A DNA stretch of 20,000 bases from Chiloscyllium plagiosum (Eukaryota), in contig NW_025215381.1 of the NCBI RefSeq assembly GCF_004010195.1, positions 235,360 to 255,359 on the forward strand. The letters run 5' to 3'. Positions 10,232 to 19,726 of this stretch are shown here, one piece after another. A program made the position numbers and the translations under genes. Within the stretch, counting starts at the first letter, position 1. Each line of letters opens with the position of its first letter. The notes under the pieces are model-generated. The model had not been told where the DNA came from. It ran no database searches and saw only the letters and a program-made list of their open reading frames with translations.

Positions 10232-12273
10232 TTTCTAACTTGGTAAGCTCTTCCGCTACTCTATTGTGCCTTTTAATACGCATATTCTTCTCAAAGGGAC
10301 ACCACCCCGAGATATGCGCCAACGTCTCCGACGCTGCATTACACCTTCTACAAGCCTTCTACAAGCCTTGTTGTTAAAAGATCTTCCATATGATAGGGAT
10401 GCCCTTGTAGGAAAGGAATTAGTCCTCAGCAGAATTGAGTTGATTACTTTTGATGTTTTCATATAATTTACTTTCTTTATCCAATTATTCGAGATAGTAT
10501 CGTTCTTATAGTAATGAGAAGGTGTCATTTTTAAATTCCCAATCCAATTCTCCAGTTGAGCTTCCCAATCCGCTTGGCTGACACCAATCCAGGGATCGAT
10601 CTTAGCACCTAAATATTTATCTGTTTGGCCTGGATCAATAAATTGAATAAAACCATCATTAAATCTCCAATTGGCCTGCTCATTATAAATAAATGTTTTA
10701 TTTTTAAAAACAAAGCTAAAACCTTTGGTCTTTTTAATGTTGACTTCTAGCCCTGTATTAAAGCAAAATCTCTCTACCAGTTTTAAATTGCATGACATAC
10801 CCTCATAGGATTCGCTAATCAGCACTATATCATCGGCAAAAGCCAATGTAGCGCAATGATAACTTTTACCGTCCTGACCTAAAAATACTCCTTGTTTCCT
10901 ATCTTCTATGGACGTAATTAGAGGGTCCATTACTATATTAAATAAAATCGGTGATAANNNNNNNNNNNNNNNNNNNNNNNNNNNNNNNNNNNNNNNNNNN
11001 NNNNNNNNNNNNNNNNNNNNNNNNNNNNNNNNNNNNNNNNNNNNNNNNNNNNNNNNNNNNNNNNNNNNNNNNNNNNNNNNNNNNNNNNNNNNNNNNNNNN
11101 NNNNNNNNNNNNNNNNNNNNNNNNNNNNNNNNNNNNNNNNNNNNNNNNNNNNNNNNNNNNNNNNNNNNNNNNNNNNNNNNNNNNNNNNNNNNNNNNNNNN
11201 NNNNNNNNNNNNNNNNNNNNNNNNNNNNNNNNNNNNNNNNNNNNNNNNNNNNNNNNNNNNNNNNNNCTTAGTAAATAATCTAAGTATAATTGGACCGATA
11301 GTAATAGGCCTCCAGTTATTAATATCCTTTAATTCTTCCTCATTATTAACTTTGGGAATTAATACGGTCCTACTCAACTTCATACAATTTGGGATTCTCC
11401 CGGTTTTAATCCAGATAGAGTAAACCCTGGGGAGTATTGAGTTATCCTTGTTAAACAATTTAGTCACATCCTTTAAGGTCATTCCATCAGGTCCAGCGGC
11501 AGTTTCAACGTCAATCGCCTTAATGGCCTGAAGGACGTCCTCCACTGTCACTGGGCCTGTCAGTATACCTTCCTCCCACCCTTCATTATTTTTAACGTAC
11601 TTGGCGAACCCTCTTAGATTGTTTTTCTCATTAACCTTCATTAATCTGATTTTATAATACTCCTCCAATTCCTCCTTATTAAGTGGACACTCACTCTTAG
11701 CAGGAGCCCCCATCAGGGTTCTTGCCAAGTACCTCCTATTCCTACTATATAATACCTGCACTTCTTTATACCGACCTTTTTTCTTACTAAATCTTTTTTT
11801 TGCATTGTTCTCTTTACTATTTCGTTGTAATTTTATTCCTACCTTTTTGGTCCTTTTTTTATAAGTTATGGTATTTTTGTTTATTCCTATTCTTTCCATT
11901 ACTCTATCCATTATATTATCATAATCCTTAATACAACCCTTTGTCTTCACTATTCCACCCTCTATTCTCTTGATTAGATCCTCCAAGGATTTATCCTCAT
12001 ATTCCCCTCCTTCTATTCTATCACTACTTCCTACCTCAGCTATTCTTTCTATAATTGATTCCTCCTCTTCTCTATCCTCCTCCTCACATGTGGTATTAAG
12101 GACTCTTTCTTCCTCCAAACTTATTACCTCACCTAAATTTTTATCCTTGTTTTTATTTTTCAATAACCGTCTCTTATCCGAAATTTGTTTCGCTGTTTTA
12201 GTCACTATTCTCTCCGCTAGGAGTTTATTAATATTTTTACATCCCTGCAATTCTATTTCAAGAAGTTGTAAAT
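10232..12273 (-). mobile_element. R2 non-LTR retrotransposon fragment (A-clade-like), 5'- and 3'-truncated, not in 28S rDNA
   Basis: Myb helix LEIELQGCKNINKLLAERIVTKTAKQISDKRRLL (12161-12271). Motif -1 YKEVQVLYSRNRRYLA and motif 0 AAGPDG. RT motifs RTVLIPK...DINNWRPITIG, LSPILFNIVMDPL, LAFADDIVL (10829-10840) and KYLGAKIDPWIG. Then DTISNNWI...LRTNSFPTR, and, after an 11-bp duplication, the CCHC knuckle CRRCNAASETLAHISGWC and RIKRHN. The N-terminal zinc fingers and the PD-(D/E)xK nuclease are absent. Confidence 0.93.
10958..11266. other. Unresolved sequence (309 N) inside the R2 RT domain
   Basis: N run between LRLFTK and LSPILFN, where RT motifs 2-4 are expected. Confidence 0.99.
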
Positions 12274-12290
12274 TTCTTGAAATAGAATTG
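12248..12290. repeat. Perfect 17-bp inverted repeat with a 9-nt loop at the R2 5' junction
   Basis: caattctatttcaagaa (12248-12264) / gttgtaaat / ttcttgaaatagaattg (12274-12290). Confidence 0.97.
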
Positions 12291-12410
12291 TTGAGGCAGA
12301 TGTAAATGATAACATCGAGGATACGACCCTGAAGAATTCCTGCAGAGATGTACGATGGCTGAGATGATTGATCTCCAACAGCCATAACCAACTTCACCTG
12401 CTGTCACGAT
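12288..12410 (-). mobile_element. Old RTE-X-like LINE RT fragment, upstream half of the copy split by R2
   Basis: VMAVGDQSSQPSYISAGILQGRILDVIIYICLNN is a decayed RT motif 4 (..[30 protein letters not shown]). It is colinear with the fragment that resumes at about 10230. Confidence 0.75.
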
Positions 12411-15400
12411 GAAACCAAAGAGATTTATAATCTCATTGAGCACCTTATGTGTTCATAATTTATATGTCTAAGGTTAAGAATTATGTTTAAACTTTAACTG
12501 TATACATAGGCACATCTAATTGATGAACACAATCTAATTGAATCAATTGTTACGTAAATGCAAGTCAAACACTCCTGAGTTTGGTGCACTACAGAGTTTG
12601 CATGTGGTTGTATTGGAAGGTGAGAGGTTGTGGTACAAAAAACAAGCAACGAGTGACAGAGTTAGGCATCTGGCAGAGTCCGAATATTTGTCATTATCAC
12701 ATAGAAGAAGAGCAATGTTCCTCATTCTGGAAATTGGATTTAACATCTCTGTTAGTGTAGAGTAGTGTTGTGTAGACATGGAGTATACAGTGGAGTTAAT
12801 GAATATGGAATGCTCATTCAGGGTTAGGATGTTTGGTCATGGGAGATGCTTGTATGGTATATTATAGCACCATGTTCTGTATTCTGGGCTGCTAATTCTA
12901 TGTAATGCACTCCAACTCAATTATTAACCATAGTCATAATTTTGCAGGTACTAAAGTTAGTTTTTTGTTGTTGAAATGGACACTTTTATTCCTATTACTA
13001 TATTAACTTAAAACTGATTGATGCAAATTCTCATCAAAGCCTCTTCCTACCAAAAAGGACACAAAATGAAGAGCAGCGATCTCTGGAAAATTAACTGTGG
13101 AAAGTCTATGAATTACAGATTCAAGAATTGTTGATCCAAATTTAAACAGATACAGATGTGAAATTGTGTCAACATTTCCAGCTCTATATCCATCCTTATT
13201 AATGTACAGAACATAAATTAGTGTTGCCATGTCCTACATGTTGTCCTGACCTTGCTGGAAGATTGATCAGTTCCAAAAATATTATTTGAGTCAAGAATCC
13301 TAGAATCCACACTCGGTAAAATTCTAATTGATGCTTATATTTCTACAGTGAAAGACATTCCCGGTAAAACATGTCATTGAGATACCCTCCACTTACAGCT
13401 CTGCACTTACTACAATGCTGTATTTACAGACACCCACAGAAAGGAAGAATACTGGGTCAGAAGTTCCTATTCGAGCAGTTACCTCACTCAGTACAATGTC
13501 ACATCCTCCCAGCAACATGAGGCTACAGCAATCAGAGGGTCCAGCTTGAGATTCGTGATCCCCAATCAGGACAGTTCCACAATCAGTAATACCTTCACTC
13601 AGAGTGATTCCTGGAGATCAGGATCAACAGTACATAACATTCCAGTCAATCACTGGATAATGCAGAGTGCCTGTGAGCTGCAGACAGAAGTCTTCTTTTA
13701 TCTCAATTGAGGAATTAATCCACAGAGTTAGTTTGGAAATGTTAATAGCATACAATTGATATCACACATTCGGAACTCGTGTTGCCTCTGTCAATGCCCA
13801 TTAAATCAAAAGTTAAATGTAACCATCATGCATCAGTGAATAAGGTGCTCTGTGGAAGTAACCACTGAACTTCAAGAGAAGAATGAAACTGTCCAAGAGA
13901 GCACATTACACAATGCTCATGCCCACGACAGTCAGCCTTTTGCATTGTACTAACCTCTGGCATTATGGCAGTAACACCCGTTCTCTGATTCTTACAGAGT
14001 CTGATCCGAAAGCAAATGAAATTTGTTTGATATCTTACCACCAAGCACTCCATCGACTGCATTTTCCCTCAAGTGAGCCACTTTGGAATTGGAGAAACAA
14101 GGCATTATTGTATCAAAGAGTTTGATCCACTGTGTTCCTCCCCTGATGTAAAGCACATTGTGCCAGATATGTCCCAGCCAGCAGGGTTAATGCAGCAGCT
14201 CTCACATTTACAATGTGCTATGAGAATGTTCAGCTCAGTGTTATCATTGCTGCAAACATTTAAACACTTCCAAGTGCAAGCTAGCAACAACAAGTCCCTT
14301 CAATACTACCTCACTCCCACCCCCAACATGACTTTGATCCCTCAATCGCCACAAAACAGTGTGGAGTTTCTCAGAACTTAAATGTGACCTCCAATAAACC
14401 ACCTCACCTTTATATAATGATTCAATTAACATGAAAAGTTTCAATTAACCAGAAGGAGTTGAACATACTGAGCAGCCCTGTGTGGGGTCAGTTCCCTGAA
14501 TGGCCATTCTCATCCAGCCCGGAGTCCAGTCAAGAACAAGTTCCCCAAAGTGAACACAGAGAGCACTCATTCCCAATCACTACTGCTTTCCAATCATCCA
14601 GAGTGCAAGGAATATGTGGTAACATTTCTAAAAGGCCGATTGGCTCAAATTGGCCAGTGAGATCTTGAATTGCGTTGATGTAACTACAACAAGTCACATT
14701 GTAAGTATCTATATAAACCTGTCTCAATGGTGTAAAGCCATCACTGTCTGGACAGACATCTCGTGCGACAATCGATGCAATGATGTCCCACCCATGAGGC
14801 AAAGAGGATCATGTAAATCAGAACTGACAGATGATTCATATTCATTTAGCAGTGTGCTGCTGATGGACGATGAATCATCTGGTCACCCTGAAATAGTATC
14901 CAACTCACCAAATCCCTCAGTGCTGAGCATCAGGTCAACTGGAGGTCACAGCAGCAGGGCTAACTTTCACTCCAAACGGCCAGATGTTCCTGACCATGTT
15001 TGGAACCTCGGAGCAGTTTAACAAGATCAGGTATCCGAAATCGCAAATCAGTTAATCCAAACCAACTTGTCTTTCAGCTGTGAAAAGGTCCTGTTGACTC
15101 AGGCAATCTCTACCATTCTGAGCCCTGTAGACTGGGTACAATAACCGAGATTTTGCAAAGTTGACGGAGTTCTGCAGTGCATGGTGTAACACTATGGTTG
15201 CACAGTGAATTGGTCTAAAATGCATCTAGGATGTGCATCTCCAAAATAATAATAATAATCAAAATAATAAATACATATCTCAATTGGTAGCCAAAGACTG
15301 AATAACAATCCCAAACAAATGTCCATGGAAGCACCATCATGTTGAACTGTATTGCTCAGGAACATCAAAGAATAACAATAACAAAGGGCAAGGTGGGAAA

Positions 15401-15730
15401 CACCCTGTTGGACAAAGTTGTTTAATCCTCTGGGAAAGCTGCTGCCACAACACTCCAGATCTCAGTGATTGTCCTATTAAGTTCCACACCACTGTATTGT
15501 GTAACTTTTTCAGATGGTCCAACTCACACATGTTTTTGACAATCAAATAATCCAACAATACACATCATAACTGCAGGCGTGTGCTCAACACCCCTCCCAG
15601 TGATCTGTCCTCACAAGTACCATGCCTTCACATACACTGACTGAGAAAAACACACAGGATAGTCAATACCATCCATGCTGACCCTCATTTATCACTCTGT
15701 AAAAACCTGTTCATCCCATGCATTGCCCAC

Positions 15731-16615
15731 TTAGAGTCATAGAGATGTACAGCATGGAAACAGACCCTTCGGTCCAACCTGTCCATGCCGACCAGATATC
15801 CCAACCCAATCTAGTCCCACCTGCCAGCACCCAGCCCATATCCTTCCAAACACTTCCNNNNNNNNNNNNNNNNNNNNNNNNNNNNNNNNNNNNNNNNNNN
15901 NNNNNNNNNNNNNNNNNNNNNNNNNNNNNNNNNNNNNNNNNNNNNNNNNNNNNNNNNNNNNNNNNNNNNNNNNNNNNNNNNNNNNNNNNNNNNNNNNNNN
16001 NNNNNNNNNNNNNNNNNNNNNNNNNNNNNNNNNNNNNNNNNNNNNNNNNNNNNNNNNNNNNNNNNNNNNNNNNNNNNNNNNNNNNNNNNNNNNNNNNNNN
16101 NNNNNNNNNNNNNNNNNNNNNNNNNNNNNNNNNNNNNNNNNNNNNNNNNNNNNNNNNNNNNNNNNNNNNNNNNNNNNNNNNNNNNNNNNNNNNNNNNNNN
16201 NNNNNNNNNNNNNNNNNNNNNNNNNNNNNNNNNNNNNNNNNNNNNNNNNNNNNNNNNNNNNNNNNNNNNNNNNNNNNNNNNNNNNNNNNNNNNNNNNNNN
16301 NNNNNNNNNNNNNNNNNNNNNNNNNNNNNNNNNNNNNNNNNNNNNNNNNNNNNNNNNNNNNNNNNNNNNNNNNNNNNNNNNNNNNNNNNNNNNNNNNNNN
16401 NNNNNNNNNNNNNNNNNNNNNNNNNNNNNNNNATGCTCACATCCAAATCATTTATGTAAATGACAAAAAGTAGAGGACACAGCACCGATCCTTGTGGCAC
16501 TCCACTGGTCACAGGCCTCCAGTCTGAAAAGCAACCCTCCACCACTACCCTCTGTCTTCTACCTTTGAGCCAGTTCTGTATCCAAATGGGTCATTTTCCC
16601 TGTATTCCATGAGAT
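15731..16615 (-). mobile_element. Young CR1 LINE (RT to 3' tail), containing an N run at 15858-16432
   Basis: [36 protein letters not shown]...KCLEGYGLGAGRWD, with the 3' tail ctctatgactctaa at 15731-15745. Confidence 0.93.
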
Positions 16616-16893
16616 TAGATTAGATTACATTACATTACAGTGTGGAAACAGGCCCTTTGGCCCAACAAGTCCACACCGACCCGCCGAAGCGCAACCCACC
16701 CATACCCCTACATTTACCCCTTACCTAACACTACGGGCAATTTAGCAAGGCCAATTCACCTGACCTGCACATCTTTGGACTGTGGGAGGAAACCGGAGCA
16801 CCCGGAGGAAACCCACGCAGCCACGGGGAGAACATGCAAACTCAACGCAGTCAGTCGCCTGAGGCGGGAAATGAACCCGGATCTCTGGCGCTG
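16616..16893 (-). mobile_element. HE1-type V-SINE, slightly 5'-truncated, inserted in CR1 with a tgagat TSD
   Basis: V-domain gtttgcatgttctccccgtggctgcgtgggtttcctccgggtgctccggtttcctcccacagtccaaagatgtgc. B-box gggttcatttccc. Tail (taatc/taatg)n. tgagat occurs at 16610-16615 and 16894-16899. Confidence 0.93.
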
Positions 16894-16985
16894 TGAGATC
16901 TAACCTTGCTAATCAGTCTCCCATGAGGAACCTTGTCGAACGCCTTACTGAAGTCCACATAGACCACATCTACTGTTCTGCCCTT
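16894..16985 (-). mobile_element. CR1 LINE RT, upstream continuation of 15731-16615
   Basis: VDVVYVDFSKAFDKVPHGRLISKVRS (RT motif 3) joins exactly to HGIQGK across the SINE. Confidence 0.92.
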
Positions 16986-17449
16986 ATTGTATCTGGGCTC
17001 CCATTAGGAGCGAGCTGCCTGAGAAAGATCCACCAACACAATCCCTTCACATCAAGGATTGCGAAAGACCAGGTATCACTAAAGGGTGGGTTGTTATAAA
17101 ACCCATCTGACTGATAGCAGGCTGTGAACTCCTACAGAGCGAGAGTGGTCTTGCTGAATACTTTCTAGACCAGCCAGGGCTGGTGCTTAGCCAAACCCCA
17201 TCAATGTGGCCTCAGGGCAAACAGGATAGAGAAATAGACAATGCTGTGGCACCTCCTAACCGATTAGCTTTAAACTCAGCAAGTGAAGATAGTATTCTCT
17301 GGCACTGGTATTTGCCTTGCTAAATGGAAATAACATATTTATCAGTCATAGAGTGGAAATAAGTCTGATTGAACTGTAATAGGTAATATTTTCTCAAAGC
17401 AAATTAAAAACAGTAGAAACTAATTTAATCCTTAACTTTAGAATTACGG

Positions 17450-17970
17450 AAAGACAGAATCACATCGAACAGATAAGGCCCTTCTGCCCATCGAGTTTAT
17501 CCCGCCAAACGGACACAATCTGTATCAGGCCCACCTTCCGACACTTGGCCCAGAGCCTTGAATGTTATGGTTTCAAGTGCTGACCCAGTACTTTTTTAAA
17601 GGTTGTGAGGATTCCTGTCTCTACTACCCTCCTGGAAAAAGGATTGCAGACCCCTACCATTCTCTCAGGGACAAGATTTTCACTCTTTCCCCTCTAAACC
17701 TCCTGCCTTTTGCCTTAAATTATACCACCTTGTTATTGGTCTTATGGGGAACAACTCCATGGCCCTCACATGCCGCGATCCCTGCACTAAAGAAAGCAAC
17801 CCGAGCTGATCCAGCCTCCCCACCCCCTTCACAGCTAAATTGCTACAACCCAAACAACATTCTGGAGAATCTCCTTTGCACTTCCTCCAATGTAATCACA
17901 TCCTCCTTATGGTACAGTGACCAGAACTGCACACAATACTCCAACTGTGGCCTGAACACAGTCCTGTACA
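17450..17970 (-). mobile_element. CR1-type LINE 3' fragment
   Basis: Minus strand reads YRTVFRPQLEYCVQFWSLYHKEDVITLEEVQRRFSRMLFGL. The 3' UTR has gatgggcagaagggcc near 17476. Confidence 0.88.
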
Positions 17971-19724
17971 GGACTTGATAGAAAGTGTTGTCTGCCTAAG
18001 CTATCCATGACTTCCTTAAACAGCCTAACAGTACAATTAGACCCAAGACCTGACTGAATCTCTCTGGGTAGCCCACACTGGGTAAAGAAAGCTACTGACT
18101 CCATTACTGCCCTTTTTGCCAGAACACTCCATAATGGAATTGCTTCTGGAAATCTGGTAGACACATCCATTATGATTAGCAAGTATTGGTTCCCACTTTT
18201 TGGGAGGGGACCTACACAATCAGTTATAACCTGCATGGAATGTTCTTCAAATGTGGAGATTGGCAACAAAGATGCTGGTTTTATTACTGTTTGGGGCTTA
18301 CCTTCCATTCGGCATGTATGGCATGTACAGCAAAATATAATACATCCTTCTCCAGTCCACGCCAATAGAAATGCTTTTGTACCTTAGCCCGAGTCTTCCT
18401 TACCCCGAAATGACCTCCTACAGGTAGTTCATGTGCTACCCATAACACCTTCTGTCTGTATGCTACCGGCAACACAATCTGGTGAACTTCTGCCCATTTC
18501 TCCTCAGCATTAACCTGCCTGGTCTCCATTTTCCTCTTAGGATCCTATCTTTAAAATAACAATCCTCAGGAATACCTTCTGATTCCTTTTCTGATTATGC
18601 ATCTATATTTTTTTATATCTTATTGTCTTGTCTTTCTGTTGTTAATCCATGAGCCTTTCAGGACTAAACACTGCTGTCTGACCCTGTTCAGGTTTTTCCT
18701 GCACCTTTACATCAAACGGGGTGTCCATTAACTGAACCTCAACTCCTTCATCTTTCTTCATAGTTTTTGCTTCTTGTTGTGACTTATGATTGTGTGATCT
18801 GTGATCTATTTTCTATGCAGTCTGGAAAAACTCCAGGACTAAACACTGCTGTCTGACCCACTGCCTGTTCAGGTTTTTCCTGCACCTTTACATCAAATGG
18901 GGTGTCCACTAACTGAACCTCAACTCCTTCATATTTCTTCATAGTTTTTGCTTCTTGTTGTGACTTATGATTGTGTGATCTGTGATCTATTTTCTATGCA
19001 GTCTGGAAAAACTCCAGGATATTTTTATTTTAACTCCTCAGTTCCTTGGTCTTACTTTAGCTTCTCCATAACAAGGGTTGTCACTGCCACCTTGGATTCT
19101 GCCAAATCATTCCCAAGAACAAACTGTATTCCTGGAACTGACACTCTGTCAGTCACTCCCACTGTTACTTCCCCAGTCTCGATTTGCCTCTCCAACCTGA
19201 TCTTACACAAGGGGATGCTAAATTTCTGTCCTTCTATCCCATAGATTACCACATTCTCGGGCAACAGATCAGAAAGAATGCAAATATGGTCATCTCTTGC
19301 TATTAGAGCATGATTAGATCCTGTATCTCTCGAAATTATAACTTGTTTCTCTCCTCCTCCTTTTCTTCCTCAATAAACTCAGGCACTAACTCCATACCCA
19401 GCCCCTGCCTAAGTTGTTCACTCTCCTGCAGCTCCTCGGCTTTTCTGGGGTATCCTTTACTACTTTCCCTATTGCCACCTTGTTAGCCTTTTCTACTACA
19501 GCTTCTCCCACAGAGCCTCTCTTCAACACCTGAGGCCGTTCACCTCCTTTCCAGCCTCCTGGCTTTCTGTTTTCACCTCTTGTTTCACTTCTTCTTGCAC
19601 TCCCAGTGCAATCTACTCTTTGTTTTGTAGTGTAGAATGTCCCCTTTTCCCAATTTCTATCTTTCACAGGATGATATTCTTGCCAGAAGCTAAACTTTGC
19701 CTTATGCGCCATGCATATTCATCT
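17971..19724 (-). mobile_element. Gmr1-like Gypsy LTR retrotransposon internal relic (gag end, protease, integrase)
   Basis: Protease VIISRDTGSNHAL (about 19310-19343)...FVLGNDLA. Integrase zinc finger VAHELPVGGHFGVRKT...FYW...CCTCHTC and core DCVGPLPKSGNQYLLIIMDVSTRFPEAIPL...GLPREIQSG. No RT lies between protease and integrase. Frameshifted. Confidence 0.9.
18659..19019. repeat. Direct tandem duplication (175 bp and 181 bp) inside the Gypsy relic
   Basis: Copies 18659-18833 and 18834-19014 differ by about 3 substitutions and a 6-nt indel. cagga occurs at 18659, 18834 and 19015. Confidence 0.97.
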
Positions 19725-19726
19725 GG

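Noticed and set aside
10256..12397. The 713-aa ORF as a single real protein or novel fusion gene
   Set aside because: It is a chance chimera. Residues 1-36 are decayed RTE-X RT, about 37-42 come from the fold-back arm, and the last ~30 residues are out of frame after the 11-bp duplication. It has no ATG at the called start and frame continuity depends on the N-run length.
13003..13230. MATLIYVLYINKD... as exon 1 of the GPCR
   Set aside because: It lacks the YYP...GVP TM1 motif and a suitably placed splice donor.
13800..15020. Short ORFs and donor-like sites (gtaaga at about 14038, gtgagt at about 14908, minus), including a TCCSYI env-like string
   Set aside because: No recognisable domain or consistent exon chain; CX6CC spacing and a fusion peptide are absent.
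15070..15250. VLLTQ-like frame and a cacagtg heptamer suggesting an Ig/TCR V segment with an RSS
   Set aside because: No conserved Cys/Trp/YYC framework, an early stop, and no nonamer at 12 or 23 bp.
15286..15295. ggtagccaaa, identical to the core of the 28S R2 target
   Set aside because: Only 10 nt, 3 kb from R2, with no surrounding rDNA similarity.
17090..17445. Possible LTR of the Gypsy relic starting tgttataaaa
   Set aside because: No second LTR, PBS/PPT or TSD is visible to support it.
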